DNA of 64,000 nucleotides from Fimbriimonadales bacterium (GTDB taxonomy: Bacteria > Armatimonadota > Fimbriimonadia > Fimbriimonadales > JABRVX01): positions 34,814-98,813 of the forward strand of contig BTVI01000009.1 in NCBI GenBank assembly GCA_045862955.1. Reading direction: 5' to 3'. The translations under genes and the position numbers were made by a program. The first letter of the stretch is position 1, and each line of letters starts with the position of its first letter. The notes below the pieces were generated by a model, which was not told where the DNA came from, ran no database searches, and was given only the letters and a program-made list of their open reading frames with translations. Of the stretch, positions 28,927 through 38,591 are shown piece after piece.

Positions 28927-29979
28927 ATGAAAACGTGCATCGTCACAGTGGGCACCTCGCTGCTCACGAACAGGAACAACCCTTGGGCAGACAGGAAGAA
29001 GGATGATCCACTTCCTAATACGGCCGACGCCTCGGCATGGCTGCGTGACCGTGCGGACACGGCCGCGGCATCCGCTGAGACCAACACACTGCGAATGTTA
29101 GGTCTCGAAGTAGGCGATGCCATCGCCTTCCTATACTCGGCCACTCCGGAAGGGCGCTGGTGCGCTGAGGTATTAGAGAAGCACTATAGGGATCGGGGCT
29201 TCGCCACGGAAGCCCACGAAGTCAGCGGCCTGAACTACAAGACCGGTGATGTGACGGACCGAGGTCTGCGCGCTCTCGTGCATCTCATCTTCGACCTGCA
29301 TCGTAGGGCAAACGAGTGCGGCTCCGAGGTCTTCTTCTGTGCCACGGGCGGCTTCAAAGCAGAGACTGCATATATGTATCTGGCTGCGACGCTGCTAGGC
29401 TGCCGTGTGTGTTACATCCATGAGTTTTATAGGGACCTCGTCTGGCTCCCCGCTCTGCCCGCTAAGCTCGACCTTTCGATCGTGCGCGACAACGAGGGCT
29501 TCTTCTCCAAGGCTTCCGATGTCGTGCCTAGTCGAATCATCCAGGGCGAAGGCTGGCTTCAGCGATCTCCCGAGCTTCGCACTCTGGTCGAAGAGGCCGA
29601 CGACATCCTGCAACTCAACGCCGCTGGGATGCTCCTCTGGGAGCTGTATCGCGGCGCAGAGGGAGCGAATGCGGTCTCCGGTGAGCAGGGCAGGAAGGAC
29701 TACCTGTCAGAGACGGAAAAACACAACTGGACCTCGCACAATCACAAGCTGAGACAACTGGACGAGTGCGACTTCGTAGTCCGCTATGAGTATCCTGTTG
29801 AGAGCGTGGCCCACAGTCGCAGAAAGGGTCTGATTAGACAGGACTTCGAGAAGAGAGCGGTTTTCGTGAGGGCTTTTGACGGCAACAAGAGTGTCCCTCT
29901 GAAGGTGATAACCATCCCGATGACACGAGACCTCTTCAGCGCTGCTGCCCGTTACATCGGGGAGATCTTCGAGAAGTAA
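28927..29979 (+). CDS. APE2256-family CARF protein with extra C-terminal domain
   Basis: 'IVTVGTSLL', 'SAETNTL', 'SATPEGRWCA', 'ATGGFKAE', 'YIHE....LVWLP'; about 90-aa C-terminal extension. Confidence 0.82.
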   Translation: MKTCIVTVGTSLLTNRNNPWADRKKDDPLPNTADASAWLRDRADTAAASAETNTLRMLGLEVGDAIAFLYSATPEGRWCAEVLEKHYRDRGFATEAHEVSGLNYKTGDVTDRGLRALVHLIFDLHRRANECGSEVFFCATGGFKAETAYMYLAATLLGCRVCYIHEFYRDLVWLPALPAKLDLSIVRDNEGFFSKASDVVPSRIIQGEGWLQRSPELRTLVEEADDILQLNAAGMLLWELYRGAEGANAVSGEQGRKDYLSETEKHNWTSHNHKLRQLDECDFVVRYEYPVESVAHSRRKGLIRQDFEKRAVFVRAFDGNKSVPLKVITIPMTRDLFSAAARYIGEIFEK

Positions 29980-29984
29980 CTGTC

Positions 29985-31892
29985 TCAGCGCGCCCGAGGT
30001 AGTAATACGGACCAGTCCGGCTGCCACCACTGAGCCTCTCCGTGACGCACTAGTGCATCGAGCAGCCCGGTGTGGTCTAAGTCACTCTCCGTTGCCAGCA
30101 CGAACAACTGGCATCGTGCGCGGCTGAGCGCCACACACTTGATTCTGGCAGCGCTCAACCCCGAGGTGACGAAACGCTCGGAGTTTACGAGACAGAAGAA
30201 GACGACATCTGCCTCCGCCCCCTGGGCTCTGTGCACGGTTAGGGCCGAGCACTGCTCATCACGGATGTCGGGTGTCAGCAACGCGAGTCGTTGCGCCGTG
30301 TTGCGATAAGGAGATAGCATCAGGCAGCTCAGGTCGGGCTGCCTGGTTCGAAGGATGCGCGCCAACTCGGCAGCAATCGCCGCAGACTTCGGACACTCGT
30401 TTCTCTCCACCCTTGTAGGCATGCGTGCACCCGGAGGGATCGCTGCGACATCAGGGGATATCAGCACCACATGACAGGTGGGCCAGCCCGGCATGGACGG
30501 GAGCTTCCTTGTCAGGCTATCTGGTGTCTTCAGCTCACCCCCGTAGTAAAGATGAGACGTGGCATCGGCGATCGGACGTGCCATCCTTCGCTGGACATTG
30601 AGCAACGTCACGCCTGTCCGCTTCTCGTGCGCGGTCCCTAGCTGTAGCAACTCGGCTGGTTCTCTAAGGTCGAACAAGCTACGACCGAACCAAGGTCGAA
30701 GGTCTCTGCCGCAAACTCTCCTGTTACCAACCGTTACGATGAAGTCCTCTTTCAGGACGGGAGGTAGCTGCATTGGGTCGCCGCACACTACGAGGCGGTC
30801 GTGTGGCATAGATGATAGGGCCGTGGCCTCTGCGATGCATACCATGCTCGCTTCGTCTATACATAGCAGGTCGGGGTTCCATGACCCGATCTCATCCTCA
30901 TTGAGGACCCGCCACGTGTTCGTAACGACGCACTTGGCTTCACCTAGGAGCCTGTTCAGTATCTGCCGTCTCTGGGCCTCGAGAGCGGAAAGCTGCTCTC
31001 TGCACTGATGCAGTCGGCGCTGAACTCCAATGTCCGTCAGCAGCGAGCCCTCCGTCTTGTACTCGAGGTTCTCGATCTCGCGCCGCAGCGCGCTAATCTG
31101 GCGGTCCAGTTCCTCTAGTTCGTCGTTGAAGCGAAGTAAGTGACGACGCTCAGGCGATGTGAGCTCGGGGTTGACGACTGTACCGAGACGCAGAATGTCA
31201 CCGTCTTGACGAGCGACGCTCTCGCGACCGAATCCATCGTCGGCGGCTAACGCTAGGAGATCTGCCGCAGCATTAGCCAGGGTTACGAGCATCACTCTCT
31301 TGCCACGTCGTACCTCGAGCGCAGCTAGTGTGCCCAAAACATGCGTCTTACCGGTACCAGGTGGGCCCCAGATCCAACTCAGCTTGCTCTCTGCCTCGGC
31401 GATAGCTTTCGCCTGACGGCGTGTGAGGGGACTGCCGGCGCTTACTTCGCGCAAAAAACCGGACTGCTGTGCCGATTTACCCAATAGAAGATCGACGATG
31501 GGTTGTGACGGAGCCTCAGCGCCTGCCACTATCGAAGCCAGAGCCGCCACCCGACCTCGGTGAAGGTCCCGTTTTCGAAGGAGCAGGCGCTCGCCACTAA
31601 CTAACTCGTATGGTGCCTCGAAGCGCAGCGTTAGGGTGCGCTCGGAGGGGCGTATGCGACCAATCGAACGGTCGGGGTCCCACGGTACGGATTCTGGAGT
31701 GAACGTGCCGTGTTCGTACTCCTCTTCTTCCGCTCCACCCCAGTCCGCCGTGGCGGGATCATAGTTCACGCGGTAAAAGAGCTTGTCGTCGGTGTCCGCC
31801 GCAGCTACGTAGACCTTCGCGAGTCTGGAGTCGCGTTTCTGCAGTGCGCACGCTCCGAGCAACATCTCGGCGTAGGCACGACGCAACTCCAT
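29985..31892 (-). CDS. SF1 helicase, UPF1/DNA2-like (AAA_11/AAA_12 type)
   Basis: 'WGPPGTGKT', 'IDEASM', 'GDPMQLPPV', 'QRRM', 'SPY', 'TVHRAQGAEAD', 'VALSRAR'; coiled-coil insert in the first RecA domain. Confidence 0.9.
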   Translation of the reverse strand: MELRRAYAEMLLGACALQKRDSRLAKVYVAAADTDDKLFYRVNYDPATADWGGAEEEEYEHGTFTPESVPWDPDRSIGRIRPSERTLTLRFEAPYELVSGERLLLRKRDLHRGRVAALASIVAGAEAPSQPIVDLLLGKSAQQSGFLREVSAGSPLTRRQAKAIAEAESKLSWIWGPPGTGKTHVLGTLAALEVRRGKRVMLVTLANAAADLLALAADDGFGRESVARQDGDILRLGTVVNPELTSPERRHLLRFNDELEELDRQISALRREIENLEYKTEGSLLTDIGVQRRLHQCREQLSALEAQRRQILNRLLGEAKCVVTNTWRVLNEDEIGSWNPDLLCIDEASMVCIAEATALSSMPHDRLVVCGDPMQLPPVLKEDFIVTVGNRRVCGRDLRPWFGRSLFDLREPAELLQLGTAHEKRTGVTLLNVQRRMARPIADATSHLYYGGELKTPDSLTRKLPSMPGWPTCHVVLISPDVAAIPPGARMPTRVERNECPKSAAIAAELARILRTRQPDLSCLMLSPYRNTAQRLALLTPDIRDEQCSALTVHRAQGAEADVVFFCLVNSERFVTSGLSAARIKCVALSRARCQLFVLATESDLDHTGLLDALVRHGEAQWWQPDWSVLLPRAR

Positions 31893-31893
31893 G

Positions 31894-32730
31894 CTACCTC
31901 CTTACGCACTTGCGTGCGATGGCACCGCGTAAGGTGGCACGCCAAGCCTCTATCTCCTGAGGAGAATCGGATGGAATGGGTGGCACCCAAGCGATACTTA
32001 CATGCTCTGCAAGCAGCGCAGCCGCCGTGGCGCTAACATACGATGCCGCCAATACCTCACAGGCCTGGGCCACCTCGTGCCAAGATCGTCCGGCTCTTGC
32101 GAACTCCGAGGCGGCTTCCGAGTAGTGACCGAACTCCAGAAGCACCAGCGCTTGCCGTGCCGCTTCTTTGCCCTCGAAGTGGGACACATTCGGGAGAATG
32201 TGGTACTGCGGGTCTATCCCGAGCCCGGGTGGCAGGAGTTCTGCGCTCTCGACATAGGCCTGGCGAAGTCGCAGTGCCGCAGCTGCAGCCCCCAGAGCCG
32301 CAGCAGTAGCTTTGCGACCGCTTGTAACGTCCACGGTAACTTCTTCGGGATTCCCACCACCCCATCGCAGGTACTCGGACCGCACGACGTCCATCACCAA
32401 ACCACTGTCCATGCCATCGCCGATGCTCAGAGTCCGCAGCACCTCTGGCCTGTGTTTCGACAGCGACAGGGCATCCGGCGCTAGGGATTCGGTCTGGTGT
32501 GTCGTTAGCAGGACGCAGACCCTAGGACTCGTGGCGGCAATTGCCAGAGCAGGTGAGAACGGCTGGGTCCCGACCGCAGTTATGAGGAGGTCGCACCGCG
32601 GACGTTGCCTACACTGCGAGGCGAATCTCTTACGATAATGGGGAAAGACGTGCTGTCGGTAATGCCGAGTCCTCTCCTCCAGATCGGCCGTTTGCTTGAG
32701 CTCTTGGACGGCAACTTCGAGCGACTTCAT
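31894..32730 (-). CDS. Csm6-like CARF protein lacking the HEPN domain
   Basis: 'ITAVGTQP', 'VDVTSGRKATAAAL', 'AYVES', 'ILPN', short helical tail; ends at 278 aa with no HEPN-like RxxxxH segment. Confidence 0.78.
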   Translation of the reverse strand: MKSLEVAVQELKQTADLEERTRHYRQHVFPHYRKRFASQCRQRPRCDLLITAVGTQPFSPALAIAATSPRVCVLLTTHQTESLAPDALSLSKHRPEVLRTLSIGDGMDSGLVMDVVRSEYLRWGGGNPEEVTVDVTSGRKATAAALGAAAAALRLRQAYVESAELLPPGLGIDPQYHILPNVSHFEGKEAARQALVLLEFGHYSEAASEFARAGRSWHEVAQACEVLAASYVSATAAALLAEHVSIAWVPPIPSDSPQEIEAWRATLRGAIARKCVRR

Positions 32731-32977
32731 TTCATGCGTGGTTCGCCGACTGCTAGCAGTGTTCCTCCCTGTGCGTGCAGCGCACGGTTGGCGGATCCGT
32801 TCGCAGGGCAGCGCGGGCCCGATGTAGGGCGGCGAGAGTGTTCTGTGCCCGGCCTACATGGCGATACCAAGTCGTACTGCGAACGGGGTTCGAATTCCTG
32901 ATCCGATTCCTTCGCCCAGCGGCTCGGGCGGTCGCCGAGTCCACGGGGGCTTGGATGCGAATCCCACCGTCTGAACC

Positions 32978-33053
32978 TGGCGCGGCCGGAGGGATTCGAA
33001 CCCCCGACCACCTGATCCGAAGTCAGGTGCTCTATCCACTGAGCTACGGCCGC
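32978..33053 (-). tRNA. tRNA-Arg(TCG)
   Basis: GCGGCCGTAGCTCAGTGGATAGAGCA-CCTGA CTTCGGA TCAGG-..GGTTCGAATCC..GGCCGCGCCA; 76 nt with encoded CCA. Confidence 0.96.
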
Positions 33054-33243
33054 GCAGGGGGGACCGAGCGGTCCCGGCCCATTGTAGCCTGAAAGTGTCC
33101 CGAAAGCAGACCGACCGCGCCATTGAGCCTGTTGTGGCGGCACGGCGGGGGCGTCGGGGCGCCCCCGCCGTCGGGTTCTGAGGCCTGCCGGTTGGACGAT
33201 GAGCGAGGCGCATCATCCGCCAGCCTGCGCAGCACACGACCCG

Positions 33244-33708
33244 TCAGGGCGAGAAGTGGATCTGGCAGTCGCCTTGGACTACCGGGCCAGACAGCGAGTA
33301 CCGTCGTACGCCGAACAGGCTGTAGACGACAAACTCGATGCCGTCATGCGCCTGCCTGCCAGGGTCACTCACATATACCGTCCCGAGAGCGGGAGTACCG
33401 TTCCAGGTGCCAAGCATGTGCACGCCAATCCATCTCTCGCTTGGCGCCGAGATGATTACGCGCCACTCAGCCCCGATGAACACAGAATTTGCAGGGCCGC
33501 CAATGGAGTTAGACTCCTTGAACACGAACTTGCTCAAATATGCGCGGCCATGCGAGAAGTCAGCCGCAATCCAATAGTCCACGTACCCGAACTTGCCACG
33601 CTGCCCCTCGAACCACGCCTTGCCGTAGCTCACAAACGAGGGACCTACTGCAAGTACCGACACCGCCGCAAGAAGTAGGAGTGCCGTGAGGGCGGATCGC
33701 AGTCTCAT
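33244..33708 (-). CDS. Secreted hypothetical protein (paralog of 34098-34568)
   Basis: Signal peptide; shares 'SYGKAWF.GQ.G.FGYVDYW', 'YLSKFVF', 'G.WNGTPA' and 'GDC' with the neighbour. Confidence 0.8.
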   Translation of the reverse strand: MRLRSALTALLLLAAVSVLAVGPSFVSYGKAWFEGQRGKFGYVDYWIAADFSHGRAYLSKFVFKESNSIGGPANSVFIGAEWRVIISAPSERWIGVHMLGTWNGTPALGTVYVSDPGRQAHDGIEFVVYSLFGVRRYSLSGPVVQGDCQIHFSP

Positions 33709-34028
33709 GATGTTCTCACCCCTTCATGGTGATGGTCTTGTTGCCGAGTTCGCCGTTCACGGACGAACTGACCCATGCATTCTAACACGGATTCTTGCGG
33801 TCGGCAACTATGCCGGGTTCGGCATCTTGGCGTCGCGTCGCATGCGATGCAGCGTGCCTCCGAATGTGGTGCGATTAGCCTTAGGGCTCCTAACCGCCAG
33901 CGTGCTCTTGCTCCGGTGTGTAGTCTGGAGTAACAGGCGAGCAACTGGCGTCCAGATCTCGAGGCCGGTTCGAGCGTGCTTGCTAGCACGGTCGGGAGCC
34001 GCCTGCATCGCGCGGAGAGTCGACCTGT

Positions 34029-34064
34029 AAGCGAGTGGGGGTGCCTAGGCGCCCCCACTCGCTT
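34029..34064. terminator. Hairpin downstream of 34098-34568 (probable terminator)
   Basis: AAGCGAGTGGGGG...CCCCCACTCGCTT inverted repeat. Confidence 0.6.
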
Positions 34065-34097
34065 CAGTGACGAACCACTTCGAAGCAGATCATAGGC

Positions 34098-34568
34098 TCA
34101 CTGCGAGAGGATGAGCTTGCAGTCCCCCGCAACCGTGATTCCCGCGATGGAGTACATAGGAACGCCATATCCCATCTTCGAGACCGAGAACTCGATACGG
34201 TCCTGTCCCCCGTATGCACCCTCGTGCAGCACGAAATAGCCGTATGCCGGTGTGCCGTTCCAAGCTCCGTACACTAACAGCGCAAACACACGGCGCACGG
34301 GATCCACCAACACAGTAGCCCACCTCGAGGCAACGAACTGGAGATTCGCCGGCGAACCTACGCCATCGGTCTGTCTGAACACGAACTTGCTCAGATACAC
34401 ATGGCCCGCCTGAACATCCCAGCCCAGCCAGTAGTCCACGTACCCGAACCTTCCACCCTGACCGTCGAACCAGGCCTTTCCGTAGCTAGTAACACTACGC
34501 AATTGCGCCGACGCCGGTAGAACGGCTAGCGATAGCAGCAGTGCTACTATCAACACTCGATACCTCAT
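34098..34568 (-). CDS. Secreted hypothetical protein (paralog of 33244-33708)
   Basis: Start 'MRYRVLIVALLL' after AAGGGGG; high similarity to the neighbour. Confidence 0.8.
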   Translation of the reverse strand: MRYRVLIVALLLSLAVLPASAQLRSVTSYGKAWFDGQGGRFGYVDYWLGWDVQAGHVYLSKFVFRQTDGVGSPANLQFVASRWATVLVDPVRRVFALLVYGAWNGTPAYGYFVLHEGAYGGQDRIEFSVSKMGYGVPMYSIAGITVAGDCKLILSQ

Positions 34569-34629
34569 CGTTTCCCCCTTGTTATCCAGTCCTAGATTGT
34601 GTGTCGTCTTGCCACCTGCAAACGCCCGC

Positions 34630-34824
34630 TTAGGTACGGTCAAGGTAGACCCGGAAACCCCCGGTCGTGATAACGCCATTCCAGAAGTGCTGAGGACGTA
34701 GAAACTGCTTGTATATTACGACCTCGACGTAGTCCATGCCGGAGACAATCCCCAACGGCTCTACCGCAAACGCAGGCACGATTGCAAACAGCGTCAGAGC
34801 TGCGGCGATCATCCATGCGCGCAT
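34630..34824 (-). CDS. Small secreted hypothetical protein or gene fragment
   Basis: GAGGT RBS, clear signal peptide 'MRAWMIAAALTLFAIVPAFA'; 64 aa. Confidence 0.45.
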   Translation of the reverse strand: MRAWMIAAALTLFAIVPAFAVEPLGIVSGMDYVEVVIYKQFLRPQHFWNGVITTGGFRVYLDRT

Positions 34825-35022
34825 AGTTTGACCTCATTTCGAAGAATGTGATACGTTGCACAACCTACCTCTCGGCAGATTGGCTTTCGAGTATACCGTG
34901 ACTATTTGCTGATCGCAACTGTGCAGGGTGAGAAACGCGAGCAAATGCTGGAGGTAAGCAACCTGGCAAGTTGCTAGCTAGCGAGCAGTAGGCAGGGAGT
35001 GCCCAGTTCTAGAAGCTCTGAC

Positions 35023-36036
35023 CTAGACGATAATCGCCCGGTGCAACTCTCCCGTCGAGGACACTGCACAGCCCGAGCCGACCAGACACGACTGCAAGAT
35101 AGTGGCCCGACCGACGCTAACATCGTCCCAAATCACGCAATCGGTGACAACGGCTCCCTCGGCTACCGAGCAGTTCAGACCCAAGACGCTGCGCTCGACC
35201 TTTGCACCTGGGCCGACGTTGCAGCCGCTGCCCAGCAGGCACGGTGCCATCAGGGTGGCATCCGGGTGCACATCAACATCCTCAGCAGCCCATACCCCCG
35301 GCAGCACCTCGGCATACCCCGAGTTTAGCGTGATGCGCCCTGCGAGAGCGTCCCGGTGCGTCTGATGGTAGTATGCTAGACCCCCGATGTCACACCAGTA
35401 GCCGTCGGCTTCCCATCCGAAGAAGGGCCGACCCGCGTCCAGCAGTGCGGGCAGAAGATCTCTCCCGAGACCGTACACCTTGCCCTCGGGAATCAGGTCG
35501 AGGACCCTCGGTTCGAACACATATACGCCGGTGTTCGCCATCCGCGACTTTGCTTGTGACGGCGACGGCTTCTCTTGGAAGCCCACGATCCTACCCGCCT
35601 CTACCACCGCGACCCCGTACTCCGACGCGTCCTCCACGGGGTACAGGGCAATCGTAGCATCCGCTCGACGGTCCTTATGATATGCCATGAGGCTGCTTAG
35701 ATCCATGTCGGTAACGTCATCGGCGCCTATCACCAAAAAGGTGTCGTCCCAAAAGTCCCTCACACGCCCGACGCTGCCGGCATCACCCCACAACTGATCC
35801 TCGCGCGAGTAGGTGATACGAGCACCCCATCGAGAGCCATCGCCGAAGTATGACTCGATGACGTCTGCCATGTAGTGGAGGTTGACCATGATGTCGGTGA
35901 GACCGTGACGCACCAGCAGCTCGAGGATGTGCTCCATCACCGGACGATTCATAACGGGCACCATCGGCTTAGGCACCCGGCGCGTGAGCGGGTCGAGTCG
36001 CGACCCCACCCCCGCTGCAAGGAGCATCGCCTTCAT
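35023..36036 (-). CDS. NDP-sugar pyrophosphorylase (mannose-1-phosphate guanylyltransferase-like)
   Basis: 'LLAAGVGSRLDPLT..PKPMVP', 'FQEKP', 'YWCDIG', C-terminal left-handed beta-helix. Confidence 0.9.
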   Translation of the reverse strand: MKAMLLAAGVGSRLDPLTRRVPKPMVPVMNRPVMEHILELLVRHGLTDIMVNLHYMADVIESYFGDGSRWGARITYSREDQLWGDAGSVGRVRDFWDDTFLVIGADDVTDMDLSSLMAYHKDRRADATIALYPVEDASEYGVAVVEAGRIVGFQEKPSPSQAKSRMANTGVYVFEPRVLDLIPEGKVYGLGRDLLPALLDAGRPFFGWEADGYWCDIGGLAYYHQTHRDALAGRITLNSGYAEVLPGVWAAEDVDVHPDATLMAPCLLGSGCNVGPGAKVERSVLGLNCSVAEGAVVTDCVIWDDVSVGRATILQSCLVGSGCAVSSTGELHRAIIV

Positions 36037-37154
36037 ACTGCGGCTACGGACTCCTTGCAGAACTGTAGGACACACTCTGCCGCGAACCGCACTTGATCCT
36101 CGGAAAGATGCGCGTGGATGGGTACCGATAGGACCTCACGGCAGGCCTGCTCCGTCACTGGGAAGTCGCCCTCGCAATAGCCATACGAAGTGTAAGCCTC
36201 CTGCAAGTGCAAGCCAGCTGGATAGTAGACGGCGCAGCCCACGTCTCGCTCCTTCAGGTACGTCTGGAGTTGGTCTCTGCGTGGGTGCCGGATCGTGAAC
36301 TGATGATAGGTGTGCGCATTGCCCTGGAGAGTGGCCGGGAGAACCACGTCACAACCCGAGAGCAGCTCGAAGTAGATCTCGGCATTTCTCATGCGCCGGC
36401 GGTTCCACTCATCCAGCATTTGGTGCTTCACCCGCAGCACGGCCGCTTGCATCTCGTCCAACCGACTCGCGTATCCAATCTCGCGATACATGTAGTCGCC
36501 TGCAGGCATGCCATGCATACGCAAGGCGAGGCAGTGTTCGTAGATGCCTTCGTCGTTCGTGACGATCATGCCGCCGTCACCCATCGCACCCAAGTTCTTG
36601 GTAGGGAAGAAGCTGAGAGTCGCCGCATGTCCGAACGTACCCATGGCCTTGCCATTGTGTGTGGCGCCAATCGCCTGCGCGCCGTCTTCCAGCACGAACA
36701 GGCCGTGCTCGGCAGCGATCTCGCACAACGACTCCATGTCGGCGAGCTGACCGAAAAGATGCACGGGAAGGATCGCTTTCGTCCTCGGGCCGACCTTCTC
36801 CCGAACACGCTCCGGGTCCAGCAGGAAGGTATCCGGGTCTATGTCCGCAAACACCGGAGTCGCGCCGATCTGTGCAATCACCTCCACCGTCGCAACGAAG
36901 GTGAACGGTGTCGTAATCACCTCGTCACCCGGTCCCACACCGAGAGCCTGCAGCGCGATCTTCAGTGCGTCCGTTCCAGACGCCACTCCCACCCCGTAGC
37001 GCACGCCGCAGCGCGCGGCGATCTCTTGCTCCAGTGCTTGAACGTTCGGGCCGAGGATGAAGCGGCCAGAGTCCAGCACATCTCTGAGTGCTGCCTCCAA
37101 GCTCTCTCGCAACTCGGCGTGCTGCGCATTGAGATCCACCAAAGGCACTTTCAT
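36033..37154 (-). CDS. DegT/DnrJ/EryC1/StrS sugar aminotransferase
   Basis: 'ASGTDAL', 'EDGAQAIG', 'SFFPTKNLGAMGDGG'. Confidence 0.93.
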   Translation of the reverse strand: MKVPLVDLNAQHAELRESLEAALRDVLDSGRFILGPNVQALEQEIAARCGVRYGVGVASGTDALKIALQALGVGPGDEVITTPFTFVATVEVIAQIGATPVFADIDPDTFLLDPERVREKVGPRTKAILPVHLFGQLADMESLCEIAAEHGLFVLEDGAQAIGATHNGKAMGTFGHAATLSFFPTKNLGAMGDGGMIVTNDEGIYEHCLALRMHGMPAGDYMYREIGYASRLDEMQAAVLRVKHQMLDEWNRRRMRNAEIYFELLSGCDVVLPATLQGNAHTYHQFTIRHPRRDQLQTYLKERDVGCAVYYPAGLHLQEAYTSYGYCEGDFPVTEQACREVLSVPIHAHLSEDQVRFAAECVLQFCKESVAAV

Positions 37155-38260
37155 CGAATGCCCTCCCCTAGGTTGCTGTGCGCCGTCACCACGCTGCCTG
37201 CACCTAACACGACGTTTCGCAGGTGCGCCGCCTCTCCGATCTTGCAGCTTCGGTCAATCAGACAACCCTCTACGATTGCGTCCTGCCCCACGGTCACCCC
37301 TGGCAACAAAACGCTTGCCGACACCCTCGCACCGCTCTCTACCCGGCAGTCTTCTCCCAGCGCACTGTAGTCGTCCACGGTGGCACCTTCGGCCACCATG
37401 CACTTCGGACCGATTGCGCAACCAGGCGTCACGGTTGCTCCTACCCACTCCGCGCCTTCCCCTGCGTACACGCCGTCACGCTTTTCGCCTGCAGGGGGCA
37501 ACGCGACGGTAACGGCTCCGCTGAGGATCGCGCGCGTGGCGGCGAGGAGCTGTGCGGGCCTGCCGACATCTGTCCAATACCCTCCCGTGATGTGACCTAA
37601 AACGAGCGCCCCACTCGCGATAAGGGAAGGGAAGAACTCGCGCTCGATGTTGCATCGCCTAAGCGGAATGCTCTCCGCCACCTCGCCGCGAAACACGTAC
37701 AGGCCAGCGTTGATGTTGTCCGTGCCTTCTTGCTTCTCGCCCCGATCTGCTGCCTTCTTCTGCTCCTGTGTCGGCTCCAAGAAGGCCAGAACGCGCCGTC
37801 GCTCATCCGTTGGCACGACCCCGTACGGGTGCGGACGCTGGACCGTATATAGCGTGAGGGTGGCGGCCGCGTCCGACTCCTCGTGGTCGCGAAGAATCGC
37901 GGGCAGATCGAAGTCGTGCAGCACGTCGCCGTTGAACACCACGCAATCCATGGTAGGCAGGCCCTCGATGGCGTTCCGCACGGCCCCGCCGGTGTCCATC
38001 GGCTCGGTCTCTTCCTTGTAAATCATGTGCACGCCGAAGCGCGAACCGTCGCCGAAGTGAGCCTCGATCTGGTGGGCGAGATAGTTGGTGGCAAACACGA
38101 TCTCCGTGATCCCCGCGGAGCGCAGAAGACCCACCTGGTATTCGAGGAAGGGGCGATTTGCCAGGGGCATCAGAGGCTTCGGTTGGGTAAGCGTGAGGGG
38201 GCGCAGTCTGGTGCCGAATCCACCGGCAATGATCACACCCCGATATCGTCCGTTGACCAT
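37151..38260 (-). CDS. NDP-sugar pyrophosphorylase family protein
   Basis: 'IAGGFGTRLRPLT..PKPL', 'FNGDVL', 'INAGLY', 'YWTDVG', beta-helix tail; start approximate. Confidence 0.9.
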   Translation of the reverse strand: MVNGRYRGVIIAGGFGTRLRPLTLTQPKPLMPLANRPFLEYQVGLLRSAGITEIVFATNYLAHQIEAHFGDGSRFGVHMIYKEETEPMDTGGAVRNAIEGLPTMDCVVFNGDVLHDFDLPAILRDHEESDAAATLTLYTVQRPHPYGVVPTDERRRVLAFLEPTQEQKKAADRGEKQEGTDNINAGLYVFRGEVAESIPLRRCNIEREFFPSLIASGALVLGHITGGYWTDVGRPAQLLAATRAILSGAVTVALPPAGEKRDGVYAGEGAEWVGATVTPGCAIGPKCMVAEGATVDDYSALGEDCRVESGARVSASVLLPGVTVGQDAIVEGCLIDRSCKIGEAAHLRNVVLGAGSVVTAHSNLGEGIR

Positions 38261-38591
38261 CTGCCGATTGTAGCACCTCACCAACGGCGCTCGGACGGCA
38301 TACCTGGGGACTGCCGCGCCCCGATGGTCATGGGGGTCGGGTCCCAGGTAGTGTAGCGGGTTTTCTTAGCATAGCTAAGTATTTTCCTCCCAAGGTCTGG
38401 ACTTTGCTCAGTTCCTTGATTATCATGGGCGAGTTCGCGACACTATACCGAACGCTTCACTGGTATGTTTACTCGCCCACCAGCCTAGGAATGGTACTTG
38501 CGACATCGCATTCGTTCAGGCACTGAATGATTGCCCGAATGCCGACCGGTTTCGCTTCCTATAGGATCGAAACCAACAGAAAGGTGGGACC

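Noticed and set aside
32978..33053. Integrative element bounded by an att duplication of the tRNA 3' end
   Set aside because: No integrase gene and no direct-repeat copy of the tRNA 3' end was found in the window.
36207..37370. Long antisense or alternate-frame ORFs (also 41044-42237, 58941-59870, 62400-63161)
   Set aside because: Shadow ORFs of high-GC genes with clear housekeeping identity.
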